A stretch of DNA of 64,000 nucleotides, from the NCBI GenBank assembly GCA_964016885.1, contig OZ024740.1:347448001-347512000 (forward strand), given 5' to 3'. This DNA comes from Eledone cirrhosa. Taxonomy: Eukaryota. Positions 1 through 12,924 of the stretch are shown in pieces (position 1 is the first letter of the stretch; the number at the start of each line of letters is the position of its first letter). A model generated the notes under the pieces. That model saw only the letters and a program-made list of their open reading frames with translations. It was not told the DNA's origin and did no database searches. The translations under genes were made by a program, and so were the position numbers.

Positions 1-1364
1 TATTTATTGCCGTGCATTTGTTTTTCTGGGGGTGGGGTGTGGTTCTGCTATTTTCTTGTCGTTGTTGCTGGGTGTGTGTGTTTTGTTGTTGTGTTTGCGA
101 TGTTGGTGCTTGTGGTGGTGGTGTTGAAGGTGTTGTTGTTGTTGGCGGTGGGGTTGTCTCTTACTTTTTTCTGTACTTGCAGTACAGTTGTTTTGTCCTC
201 GATTCCGACGAGGACAGACGCGGCCAGCCAAGAAGGGGCCATTCCGGGGGGGACGTGGGTCAGTTTGACCCTCACAATTTTTTGCCCGCAGTAGGAGGGC
301 ACCAACACCATTTCCTCGCTCCTTAGGGTCACTACGGATTGGGCCTTTGCCTCCTGGGGTGTGGCAAAAAGTACGTCTACGGTGGCATATTTTTCGCCTC
401 GGGTGATGTGCGTTTTCCGCTGCCACACAGACCCCAAGGCTTTTTGTATTTGGTCCTCTGTGGCTCTTTCCACCCTACGGGATTTTGTACTTACTGTACG
501 GTACGTGACCGTACAGTGCTGTTGGGTTTCGAAAAAATTTTCCGCTGCCTTGCAGATTGCTCGGTGTCCATTCTTTGTCACCATCTTCTTCGCTTCCTCT
601 AATTCCTCATTTGTTATGAGGATTGTTTCCAAGTTTTTCGCAATACCTGCAAATGAGATTGGTTTTTCTTTGCTGCTGTTGTTGTTGTTGTCGTCAGAGC
701 TGCTGTTACTTTTGTTGTTGCTGCAGGTACTACGACTACTGCCTTCGCCGCTGTTGCTGTGGTTGTTGTTGGTGTTGCTGCTGCTAATGCTGTTGTTGTT
801 TATGCTGCTGGTGATGCTGTTGCGGCTGCTACTGTTGTTTTCATTGTCACTGTTGCTGTTGTTATTACGGCTGCTACTGCTATTATTCCTGACGTCAGAC
901 GAATGAACTGGGTTTTCGTATTTCCCGCACACCTGTTTCGTCGCTGTCGTCGTCGTCGTGGAGAAACCTTGCACGCTTTGCACGAGACTTTTCTTTTCTT
1001 TCGTCGCTTGCGAAAGAGAAGGGAGGGAGAGAGACACATTTAAAGAAGGGAGGGAGAGAGACAATCTTCTCTCTGCTGTAGTGATGATTGAGGAAGAAGA
1101 AGACGGAATGAGTGGGAGTGACCTATGCAAATTCTTTTTCGTAGCCATGTTGATTTTTTTGTTTAAAATAAATATTGGGTACAAAACCCCAATAAGCAGT
1201 TATTTAACCCCGAAGAGCCGAATAACGGGCAGAAAGACCCCTCTCACGAGGAGGAGGGTGTTTTTGTCTACAAGTTCGTTAAAGTTTTAAACAATTTACA
1301 ATTGTTATAGTGTTCAAAATTTACAATACCTTACAGAGCCGAGCCTCCGTCAACCATAGCATTC
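1..1364 (-). mobile_element. Tx1/L1-clade LINE copy A, 5' portion (5'UTR + internally deleted ORF1), runs off the window
   Basis: ORF 48-1184 shares a core with ORF1 of copy B (RRVERATEDQIQKALGSVWQRKTHITRGEKY vs RRVERASESQIQKALGHVWARKTHIRRGQKY). 5' end abuts (AAT)n at 1365. After VLQVQKKV it jumps to a low-complexity tail and lacks the CCHC knuckle. Confidence 0.85.
48..1184 (-). pseudogene. Tx1-type ORF1 protein, internally deleted (likely start MATKKN at 1148)
   Basis: Direct similarity to ORF 2124-3578; zinc knuckle missing. Confidence 0.75.
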
Positions 1365-1442
1365 AATAATAATAATAATAATAATAATAGTGATAATAAT
1401 AATAAAAAGAAAAAGGGGAAGAAAAATTAATTTTCATGTACT

Positions 1443-1865
1443 TGTTCATTCAGAGAAGAGAGTTCATTACTCTGTCCATCCTTCTCTGCTTATAACTTTG
1501 TCGTGACTGGTAGTAGTAGAGGGTAGAAGAAGGAGAGGAGACGAGAAGAAGGGGGAGGTGGAGGAGGCAAGGGTTAGTTGTGTTGGCAGACTGGTGTGAG
1601 AGACCTTTCAGGAGTTTCTGCTGAAGATAGAATGGGCATTCCAGTGGCAAAATTGTCTCCATTCCCCTAAATCTGAAATTTCTCCTAGGGATGGAATGAG
1701 TATTTCAATAACTCTGAATCTTCTTTATGGCAAATAAACAAGGTCAATGTTGATGAATTCTTCCAACTAAAAAGCCTTCTTTTACCCTCTCCTACTACCA
1801 GTCACAATTAAGCTATCAGCAGAAAAGAATGGAAAGAGAAATGAACTCTCTTCTCTGAATGAACA
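1443..1865. repeat. Imperfect inverted repeat (~90 bp arms, ~1443-1533 / ~1776-1865) bounded by (AAT)n and (ATT)n
   Basis: TGTTCATTCAGAGAAGAGAGTTCATT at 1443 is the reverse complement of AATGAACTCTCTTCTCTGAATGAACA at 1840; similarity continues to GTGACTGGTAGTAG / CTACTACCAGTCAC. Confidence 0.8.
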
Positions 1866-1871
1866 TGTATG

Positions 1872-1915
<44 letters not shown>

Positions 1916-2123
1916 GGCGACCTATGTAGTAAATCGTATCATCGTGAGCTCCGCAAAGGTTTGTTATTTCCGTTCGTTAAAAATTGTCATTTATGGAAAA
2001 TTGTATTGTTAACTGTTTATAAGCGCACATACATTGTTTTCCGAAAAGGACACCCAAAAAGATTGGGACCTTGTGCCCAAAATTTAAACTTTTATTATTA
2101 TCAAAAAATTTCTTTGAAAGAAA

Positions 2124-4062
2124 ATGGCTAATTCACCTCTGCACGAAGCAGCTGAAAGCCTTCCTCACAAATTAACACCTCACACCGACACCACCATTGT
2201 AAATGTTACTACGTTTGCCAACACAAAAAAAAATATAAGCACTAGCAATATTTTAAATTTGTCTCAGGCAGACATTCATTTCCCGCCATTACCAATGACT
2301 GCAGGTGTTAAAGCCTCCACCACCACCACCACCACCACCACCGCGACAACAGAAACAAAAGAAGAAAAAAATAAATTAACTCGTGATGTCGAAATGAAAT
2401 CAAGCAAAATGGACTCTTCCCCACCAAAGACGACTGACGTCACCACCACAACTGAAACTAAAATTAATATTAACGATAGCAACAACAACAACAATGACAT
2501 TATAAAAACCCCCCTCAGTTTCGCCAGAGTAGCAAAACAGTTCGAAGCATTTACGGTAACTCAGGAGGATTTAGAAAATGCCAAACAAATGGTAAAGAAA
2601 GATGGGTACAGGGTCAGCCCCACCCCACCTAATAAAATGGAGCATCGGCGCCTATGCACCGTGTCGTATAGAACAATAAATGTAAAATCGCGCCGAGTGG
2701 AACGGGCATCCGAGTCCCAAATCCAAAAAGCTTTGGGACATGTGTGGGCAAGAAAAACCCACATCAGACGTGGGCAAAAGTATGGAACCGTGGACGTGTT
2801 CTTTGAAACACCAGAGGAGGCTAGAGAACACACCATGGCCCCATTAAGAAGTGACGACTTCACACTCGTCCCAAGCTATTGTGGCCAGAGACTCGTAAAG
2901 ATCAGGGTGACCCACGTTCCACCGGCCATCGAAATTCCCTGGCTAATAGCGGCTGTCCTCGCCGGCATCGAAGCCAACACGAAAATAATAGCAATAGCAA
3001 AAGAAAAGCAGGAGAACTGGTCCGGATCTGGGATGGAGCTCCTGATCCAAGCGGACCAAAAAAGCATTGAGGAGATCCCAGAGGTAATAGACATCACTGA
3101 CGGCAGCCACCTCACGGTAATTGTCGAGGGCAGAAGACCTAGGTGTGTCGTTTGTGGTGAAGGAACCCACCTAAGGGCTTTCTGCCCTCAGGCTAAAAGG
3201 TTGAGGCCACCTCTCCTACCCACCCCAGTGACACAACCATCAACACCACCAGTAGCAGAGATGGCAGCAACAACTGTAGCAGCAACAACAGAAGCAACTA
3301 TAACAGCAACAACCCCAGCAACAGTAGCAAAACCAACACCACCACCACCACCACCCAACGCTTCAGAACTAGCACCAGCGCCTACACCATCCACCACGCC
3401 ACAACCAAAACTAACGGCTGTGGAGGATTTTCCACTCCCCGGCCTATCACAACTGGAGACAGATTGTGACGACGAGGAGTGGGAAACGATATCCGGAAAA
3501 AAAAAAGAAACCAAAAAAGAAAAAATTCTCTTCCTTCCCCCTCCAAAAACAAAATACAGAGGGAAACAAATAAATTAAGAAACAAAAAGTTAGGACAGAT
3601 ATGCCACCATCCACACCAGCATCACCAACCCCATCACCCCAAACACCAACACCATCACCATCATTACCCCCAACACCACCATCACCTACACCACAAAAGT
3701 CACCAAAATGCGAAACAGAAACAAACCCACAACAAACGCAAACAAAACAAAACAACCAAAACGATACACACTACACAGCATTAAATTTGAACAGCAAGCA
3801 ATTATTACACTACATCCAACACAACACCAGCATCACAGAAAAAGACTACACAACAACCCCAAAATTCACACCACCTCCACACATACAAATCACTCGCATC
3901 ACACAGAAAACGTACATGACTCTAAAACAAAAATTCCCCAAAGACATCGGAGACTTCCGACAAGCACTCTCCAGGAGGATTTATAAGGACATCCTTCCTG
4001 AGGAGGCCACAAGCAGTGAAAAGGATGGAAAAACCGTCCTTCCCCTACGAGAAGTAAGGTAA
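2124..4062 (+). pseudogene. Tx1 ORF1 (CX2CX4HX4C zinc knuckle, Pro/Thr-rich tail), apparently split by frameshifts in A-runs near 3500-3590
   Basis: CVVCGEGTHLRAFC in ORF 2124-3578; continuation frames 3479-3784 and 3601-4062 end 34 nt before the ORF2 ATG. Confidence 0.75.
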
Positions 4063-4096
4063 GTGGTCTTTCCCATCTTTTCCACTCCTTTTCAAC

Positions 4097-7000
4097 ATGA
4101 CCTCACTCAGAATAGGCAGCATAAATGCGCGTGGCTTGGGGTCGTCATGGAAGCAGGGCCACCTGCTCAACGACCTCAGGTCACTAAACATAGATGTAGT
4201 GGCCATCAGCGAGACCAGAATCTCCGAAGCACAGGCTTTCGCACCGATCTTCGGCGGCTACGATGTGTACGCATCTCCCAGCCGTCCGGGATCGGGGGGA
4301 GGAATTGCTGTGCTTTTTCGGAGAGGTTTGGATCTTGCCATACGGGTCATCTTCCTGGACCCAGAAGGTAAGTTGGTGGTGCTGGACGTGACCAGCGGAG
4401 ACGGCCAAGCTTTCAGGTTAGTGGCCGTCTATGCCCCGACAGGAGCAGGGCGGCCTGATTTCTTCCGGCGTCTGGAGACCTTTCTTGGAACGTCCCGCTC
4501 TTTAGTGTTAGTGGGCGACTGGAACGGGATCTTAGATGCACGCTGGGATTGTGTGGGATTAGTGGATAGGGAAGGAGGGTGCAAGAGTCTCACCAACCTG
4601 CTCAGACGTTTTGAACTGTCTGACAGGTACCGAATGGATTTCCCGAATGTACCAATGTGGACGTGGACAAATCGCATAGGGTCATCCAGATCATATATAG
4701 ATAGAGTATTTTGTAGGGAAATAGATAGGTCTAGCATAGGCTGTCCACAATTCAAGATAGTCAGCTACACGGACCACAAATTCGTGATCTGTGTGCTTGA
4801 CTTAGCTAGGCTTCATAGACGAGGACCCGGCTACTGGAAGCTAAACGCGTCCTTACCAGCGCGCAAGGCCTACAGAGACCGGATTAGCGAACTAGTTAAG
4901 TGGGCGTTGACGGAGGCCATCGTCAACAACAAGTGGTGGTTTGCTCTGAAAAGAGCAATTAGAATAGAGTCCATTAGGTTTAGTAAGACTTTAGCAATAG
5001 AGAAAAATAGAGCAGAGGGAGAAATAGTTAGAAAATTAGATGAGGCGCTTAGCAAAGGCATCGCGACCGACGTACTTGCGGCGAAATTGGCCCTTGACCA
5101 ATTCTTCAATGTAAAGCACGAAGGCTGCGTTGTCAGAGCTAGGGTGCGTGCTCTCAGACACGAGGGGACGAAAACCGTTCAATGGGCCCGAGTGGCGGAG
5201 GCGCGTCGTGGCAACAAAGCCACGATCCGGTCTTTGGTGGACCACGACGGGCGCATGCTACTCGATCCCGGGCAAATGTGTGAAGCTTTTCAGCGACACT
5301 TCGCTCAACTGTTTGGGGGCAGTGGCGGGCCGGATCGAGGGATGGACTTTAGTGTCTACCTCGACGGACTGCCGCGGCTTTCGACCACTGAGGCGGAGTG
5401 TTGCGAAAAGCCGATAACAACCGCTGAAGTACGGGATGCAATGACTAGTTGCACAAGGGGTAAATCGCCTGGTTTAGATGGTCTGCCCTATGAACTTTAC
5501 GTCCAAATGCCAAACTTGTTCGGAGGCCTCTTGGCGGACGTCTACTGAAACTGGCAACACAACGGGAGAATTCCCAGCTCTGTGAGCCGAGGAGCGGTGG
5601 CGCTGCTGAGAAAGGATCCGAACAAGGGGGATAACATACATAATTTTAGGCCCATAACTCTGCTAAACACAGAGTTCAAGATTTTGGCCAAGGTGCTAGC
5701 AAAGAGGTTGGCGCTTGTTGTTGGTGGTCTGGTGGGAGAGGCACAGACATGTGCCATTCCCGACAAATCCATTCACGACAACCTCCACCTCATGCGATAC
5801 ATCGTAGACAGGGTAGCTAGGGAACCTGGCACGGGTGGGTCTTTGTTCAATTTAGATCAGTCGAAAGCCTTCGATAGGGTCGACCATCGTTACCTAGCGG
5901 CAGTCCTGAGGGCGGCTGGCTTTGGGCCCGTCTTCAGAGGCTGGATCGCTGCCATGCACAGCGACATCTGCTCTGTAGTGAGAGTGAACGGTCACCTTTC
6001 GGAACCGTTCAACATCATGCGCTCGGTCCGTCAAGGATGTCCCCTCTCGTCCCTATTGTACGTATTGACTCTCGAGCCATTACTGCACAAACTGGAGACG
6101 TTGAGGGGGGTCCCGCGCGAACTAGGATGCGGAAGATCCGTGTCAGCATATGCCGACGATGTCACCGTAGTGGTGTCGAACGCCAAACACAACGAGGCGA
6201 TTGGCACTACACTAAGAGAATACGAAGCGGTGACAGGAGCAATGATCAACCAGGAAAAGTCAGTGGGCCTGCAGCTCGGCACCTGGAGAGGCAGGTCCAT
6301 GCCGTCCAACAGCGTCGTCGGGCGCTGGACGGACGGACCGGTTAAATTGCTAGGGGTCTGGTTCGGTCCAGACCTCCAGACGGACAAAAACTGGGACGAG
6401 GTGACGAGCAGGGTGGCTTCTCTCACCCAGAAATGGGCCGAGAGGAAGCTATCCCTGAAAGGTCGAGCGGAGGTGGCTAACGCGTACATCGCGTCCGTCA
6501 TCTACTACCGCCTGACCGTCGTACCTTGTCCTAAGCCCCGCCTGACTTCGCTGGAGCGTGTGCTCTTTCGCTTCTTGTGGAACGGACGCGCTCCGATGGT
6601 CAGGTGGTCCATCTGCTGTCAACACCCGCTACGTGGAGGGCTGGGCATGCCGTGGCTGATGATGCGCAGACACGCGCTCAGGCTACGACATCTCCACCTC
6701 TTCCTCGACGGTGATCAGGTGTGGTCGCCGTTTGCTAGACACGTTTTTCCCCAGCTCGTCTCCTTGACGGAGCTGCAGTCCTGGGTCAAGCGAAGACCGA
6801 GAGGGAGCGCTTGGAGACTGGAATGTCTTCAGGCGCTCACAGCCCTCGACCAATCAGGCTATGTGATCGGTGGAAACTCCACCTTGGCGTTCTATAGGGG
6901 ATTAGTGGAGGGGAAGAGCGACGAGGTACTTGGAGAAACTCTAGGCGTCGACGAAAATCAACTAGCCAATCTCTTCGGAAGGACTTTCGGGCCGGCGCCT

Positions 7001-7516
7001 ATGGACAACTTCCAGAAATCCCTGGCCTGGCAGTGCTACCGGGGTGCTTTGCCAGTTCGGAATAAACTTTACAGGCATGGAGGTGCCGTCAGCCGGGCAT
7101 GTCCGAGATGCGCACAGGGCGACGAAACCACCCTGCACGCACTCGTCCAGTGTCCGAGCATTGCTGACTTGTGGGTTTATGTCGAACACCTGCTGTCACG
7201 TGTAGGACGGATCCAGCTATCAACTGAGTCCATCGTGAGGATTGCCCCGCTCTCTTCCTTTAGCCGGGACGGGCAGGCAGTTTTTATCTGTCTGGTGGCC
7301 ATGGCGAAAGAGATAGTATGGTGGACACGTTTGAAAGGGCTAAAGACGAGCACTTACCTCTTCGGTGATGCCCTGATTAACTTTTTCAAATTTCATCTGA
7401 AAAGGAAAATCAGGGTAGAGAGGGAAGTGCTCTCTTCTCAGCATTTTGTTGAAAGATGGGTGAGAGAAGCAAGTATGGCCCGAATGAATGGGCCTTCTCT
7501 GAGTATGTGTCTGTAA
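4097..7516 (+). pseudogene. Tx1 ORF2: apurinic-like endonuclease + reverse transcriptase + Cys-rich C-terminus, one in-frame TGA at 5546-5548
   Basis: APE motifs SINARG, ISETR, VYAP, VGDWN, SYIDRV, TDH; RT motifs SPGLDG, RPITLLN, DQSKAFDRV, RQGCPLS, AYADDV; CPRC..H..C. ORFs 4097-5548 and 5582-7516 are in the same frame. Confidence 0.93.
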
Positions 7517-7780
7517 ATTAAAGGTGGAAAACTGGGAGAGGGCACTTGCCCTGGTGGTCAGGGCCACTGTGGTCTTTTAATGGGCTTTCTCCACAAATGT
7601 CCCTCGGAAGTCTCCCCCCTATTGGGGAATTTTTTCTTTGTTATTTTATTTGATCCTCTGTTTTTTTTACACGCAGAAATGCCCATTTGTACCGTCCTGT
7701 ATTGTCCTGTACTGTCATTAATGTCTACTTTATGTAAACCCTTGTGGTAAATAAAGAAAACATTATTATTATTATTATTA

Positions 7781-9109
7781 TCACCCAGAAATGGGCAGAG
7801 AGGAAGCTATCCCTGAAAGGTCGAGCGGAGGTGGCGAATATGTACATCGCATCCGTCATCTACTACCGCCTGACCGTCGTGCCTTGTCCTAAGCCTCGCC
7901 AGACTACACTGGAGCGTTTGCTCTTTCGCTTTTTGTGGAAGGGACGCGCTCCGATGGTCAAGCGGTCCATCTGCTGTCAACACCCGCTACGTGGAGGGCT
8001 GGGCCTGTCGTGGCTGATGATGCGCAGACACGCGCTCAGGCTACAAAATCTCCACCTCTTCCTCGACGGTGATCAGGTGTGGTCGCCGTTTGCTAGACGC
8101 GTATTTCCCCAGCTCGTCTCCTTTACGGAGCTGCAGTCCTGGGTCAAGCGAAGACCGAGAGGCAGCGCTTGGAGACTGGAATGTCTTCAGGCGCTCACAG
8201 CCCTCGACCAGTCGGGCAATGTGATCGGTGGAAACTCCACCTTGGCGTTCTATAGAGGAATAGTGGAGGGGAAGAACGACGACATACTTGGGGAAACTCT
8301 AGGCGTCGACGAAAATTAACTTACCAATCCCTTCCGAAGAACTTTCGGGCCGGGGCCTATCGACAATTTCCAGAAATCCCTGGCCTGGCAGTGCTTCTGA
8401 GGACCTTTGCCAGTTCGGGATAAACTCTACATGCATGGAAGTGCCGTCAGCCGGGCATGTCCGAGATGTGCGCAGGGCGACGAAACCGTCTTGCATGCAC
8501 TCGTCCAGTGTCCGAGCATTGCTGACTTGTGGGTCAAACACCTACTGTCACGTGTAGAACGGATCCGGCTATCAGCTGAGTCCATCGTGAGGATTGCCCC
8601 ACCCTCTTCCTTTAGCCGGGAAGGGGAGGCAGTTTTTATCTGTCTGGTGGCCATGGCGAAAGAGATAGTATGGTGGACGCGTCTGAAAGGGCTGAAGACG
8701 AGCACTTACCTCTTCGGTGATGCCCTGATTAACTTTTTCAAATTTCATTTGAAAAGAAAAATCAGGGTAGAGAGGGAAGTGCTCTCTTCCCAGCATTTTG
8801 TTGAAAGATGGGTGAGAGAGGAAAGTATTGCCCGAGTGAATGGGCCTACTCTGAGTATGTGCATGTAAATTGAAGGTGGAAAACTTGCCCTGCTGACCAG
8901 GGTCACCGTGGCTTTTTTAATGGGCTTTCTCCACGATGGCCCTCGGAAGTCAACCCCCTATTGGGGAATTGTTCATTGTTCTTTTTTTTGTTACATCCTC
9001 TGTTTTTGTTTTTTTACACGCAGAAATGCCCATTCGTACCGTTCTGTATTGTCCTGTACTGTCCTTAATGTCTCACTTTGTGTAAACCCTTGTGGTTAAT
9101 AAAGAAAGC
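7781..9109 (+). mobile_element. 5'-truncated Tx1 copy C in tandem, inserted in the (ATT)n 3' of copy B
   Basis: Matches 6423-7761 with substitutions and stops (TAA 8317, TGA 8398); ends AATAAAGAAAGC + ATTATT. Confidence 0.92.
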
Positions 9110-9933
9110 ATTATTGTTATTATTGTCACTATTTGTACAAATATGCAACTTAACACTATTCTGCATATCCGCAATTGACATGCAACTTAACACTATTCTG
9201 CATATCCGCTATTGACAATGCATATAATGCTGAAATCCCTCTGTTTTTGCTGTGAGCTGTAGCAGCGAGTTACTTATAGAATACCAATTATATTTATAGG
9301 CTGTTTAAACTCATTAACATCTAGAGAGTTTGCCGGCCCAGCCACAATTAGAAATTTGTGTTGGAGCTCTGTAACAGCGATGTATATATGAATATACGTA
9401 TTGTATATTTAATGATATACTGTATATTTATCTACAAACATTTTGATGTCCTCTCACTATGAATTGAACGTAATGACTATAGTCACGTACCTAGCTTTAA
9501 AAAAGGGCTAAATAACCGCTGTGTTTCTCGATGTATAGCGGTTATCAAGGTTATATATCTCTTAAAATCAATAGGCCTTCAAAATATTTTAAAATAAAAA
9601 TACAAACTAATACGTACATTCATATATACGTCGCTATTTCAGAGTTCCAACATACATATAAATATATATATAATAAAATGTCGAGAGCCAACGCCTGAGC
9701 TCTTGCCGTTTAAGACTGAACTGGAATTAGGTGTTGAAACGGCAAGAGCTCCGCCGTTGGGTCCCGACACTTTACAATGTAATCATAAACTACTACACTA
9801 AGTAGCGAGTAATCTGTTAAGTAATGGTCTAACCAGTTTCATATTGGATCCAACCTGATATCTATCTATCTATCTATTTATCTATCTATCTATATCTAAC
9901 TATATATAATATATATATGTTATATATATGTAG

Positions 9934-10059
<126 letters not shown>

Positions 10060-10081
10060 ATATATATATATATATATACAT

Positions 10082-10164
<83 letters not shown>

Positions 10165-10203
10165 TATATAGTTAAAAGAATAGAGGTGTAACACACAAGT
10201 TAT

Positions 10204-10682
10204 TATATATTGGTAAACGGAATAGAAAATGCTGACAAATTGTTCACAGTTGAAAAATGGTTTAATTAGGAATAAAAGAGTATTAGTGATTGTATGGGTT
10301 AGTATTCAGTTGTGGTTTTAAGTTTTTAAGTTTTTACCGGTTGCGCATTTCTAAATGCTTTTCAAAAATAATTTTGAGAAAGAGTGTCCGTGCTGTTTGC
10401 TCTGATCTGATTAGTTTGGGGAATTCTACCTGTTTTTATGTTAAAAAAGTGGCTCCAGCGTTATTTTTGTGTTGCAAAAATGCTTGTGGTCAAAACAATT
10501 TTGATTGGTCGGTAGAGGTCATGTGAATGTAAAAAGTTGATTTTGCGCCAAGACTGTTTTTATGTTAAAAAAGTGGCTCCAGCAAAAATTCTTGGTCAAA
10601 ACAATTTTGATTGGTCGGTAGAGGTCATGTGGATAAAAAATTGGTTTTGCGCCAAGATTGAGGAATGACTCTTTCACAACAA

Positions 10683-10761
<79 letters not shown>

Positions 10762-11015
10762 TGTAGTAGTAGTAGTAAACACGTAAACACACATGCTCTA
10801 TGGTGCAATACAAAAAAATATATGTGCATATATATGTATGTATATATGTATATATATATATATATGTAGTGAATATATGTATGTGTATATATATATAGTG
10901 AATATCATTTCACACCTTTTATTGTTAAGATTTTTGATGTTCTATTAAGAGAACCGATTTTACTGAAAAAATCGAATAATGTACACCATTTTACCCGGGG
11001 ATAAAAAATACTGGT

Positions 11016-11062
<47 letters not shown>

Positions 11063-11104
11063 CACAAACACATGCACACGCGTACATTAACATACAAAGA
11101 GACT

Positions 11105-11187
<83 letters not shown>

Positions 11188-11329
11188 TTCTCCGTATAAG
11201 ACAAAAGCTGAAAAATATCTTTTGACATGCTAAAATACCCCCCATTGCTTTCAGACATATTCTTACTGACCATCGAATTACTCTGCTATACACACACACA
11301 CATACACACACACACACACGCACGCACAC

Positions 11330-11368
<39 letters not shown>

Positions 11369-11442
11369 ATCTTAATAGCCATTTGACACACAAGGCTGCT
11401 GGCCATTGTCGCAGCATCGAACACCTTACTACTACTACTACA

Positions 11443-11479
<37 letters not shown>

Positions 11480-11948
11480 TTGTTGTGAAAGAGTCATTTC
11501 TCAATCTTGGCGCAAAACCAATTTTTTATCCACATGACCTCTACCGACCAATCAAAATTGTTTTGACCAAGAATTTTTGCTGGAGCCACTTTTTTAACAT
11601 AAAAACAGTCTTGGCGCAAAATCAACTTTTTACATTCACATGACCTCTACCGACCAATCAAAATTGTTTTGACCACAAGCATTTTTGCAACACAAAAATA
11701 ACGCTGGAGCCACTTTTTTAACATAAAAACAGGTAGAATTCCCCAAACTAATCAGATCAGAGCAAACAGCACGGACACTCTTTCTCAAAATTATTTTTGA
11801 AAAGTATTTAGAAATGCGCAACCGGTAAAAACTTAAAAACTTAAAACCACAACTGAATACTAACCCATACAATCACTAATACTCTTTTATTCCTAATTAA
11901 ACCATTTTTCAACTGTGAACAATTTGTCAGCATTTTCTATTCCGTTTA

Positions 11949-11955
<7 letters not shown>
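10204..11955. mobile_element. Fold-back element: ~550 bp near-identical inverted arms (10204-10775 / 11425-11955), probable Penelope-derived non-autonomous element
   Basis: TTGGTAAACGGAATAGAAAATGCTG... vs ...CAGCATTTTCTATTCCGTTTACCAA; flanked by (TA)n; diverged copy at 52443-53400; contains a hammerhead-like relic. Confidence 0.75.
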
Positions 11956-11998
<43 letters not shown>

Positions 11999-12327
11999 TG
12001 TCTTACGGTATTCGTGGGGTTTACGTTCTTGGAGCACCCAGAAAGAATGAAAAACACCGAATATTGGACGCGGTCCATAAAATGCCTATAACGTATAATT
12101 AAAAAGAATGTGGTGGCGTCTTATGCAAAAGGGCGGCCAATAGACCGGTATATTTTTATTAATAATTGAGCGGTAAAATATATATATATTGCCACGAAAA
12201 TAAACATTAAAAAATTGCGGAGGATATTTATGGCTCCACGAATAACCGGGACCGCGATTGCCAGATGTACGCAGTATATATATATGTATATGTTATATAC
12301 ACACACACACACACACACATATATATG

Positions 12328-12358
<31 letters not shown>

Positions 12359-12367
<9 letters not shown>

Positions 12368-12762
12368 TAAACAAATAATGAACAAACAATTCTTTATATT
12401 AAACAAAAAAAGTTCACTATTTAACGATCGTTTCTAGGGCATATATGTGCTATAATTGGTATGCATATTTAACAGATCTATGTACAAAATTATACAAAAT
12501 TATACAAATTATCAAGATTAAATATACATACCTAACTCATATATACGCCGTCCTCAGAAATTTCTGAGGACGGCGTATATATGAGTTAGGTATGTATATT
12601 TAATCTTGATAATTTGTATAATTTTGTATAATTTTGTACATAGATCTGTTAAATATGCATACCAATTATAGCACATATATGCCCTAGAAACGATCGTTAA
12701 ATAGTGAACTTTTTTTGTTTAATATAAAGAATTGTTTGTTCATTATTTGTTTAATATTTTAT
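12359..12762. repeat. Perfect ~400 bp spacerless palindrome with a hammerhead motif on each arm
   Basis: Axis between 12560 and 12561 (TCCTCAGAAA|TTTCTGAGGA); arms mirror out to AAAATATTAA / TTAATATTTT. Confidence 0.9.
12560..12702 (+). ncRNA. Type I hammerhead ribozyme with long stem II insert (mirror copy on - strand 12419-12561)
   Basis: ATTT-CTGAGGA(12564)-CGGCGTATAT...ATATGCCCTA-GAAA(12687)-CGATCGT-T-AAAT; palindromic stem III ACGATCGT; only 4 bp of stem I. Confidence 0.6.
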
Positions 12763-12893
12763 CTTGACTCTGTATACCGTTTATCTTTCACCGAAATTGG
12801 ATTTTCATTACATCTCTTCTTTCCATGATATCCGGAATACATTGAGTTCTTCATACGGATTGGACACTACCGTAAACTCTTGGTAGATTTATC

Positions 12894-12924
<31 letters not shown>

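Larger units (their letters stand above)
1916..7761 (+). mobile_element. Near full-length Tx1/L1-clade LINE copy B inserted in (ATT)n
   Basis: 5'UTR, ORF1 with CCHC, ORF2 APE-RT-Cys-rich C-terminus, 3'UTR with AATAAA (7750), (ATT)n on both sides. Confidence 0.93.

Noticed and set aside
5546-5548. In-frame TGA in Tx1 ORF2 as selenocysteine or programmed readthrough
   Set aside because: Single copy, no SECIS recognised, and ORF1 is also frameshifted; a point mutation is simpler
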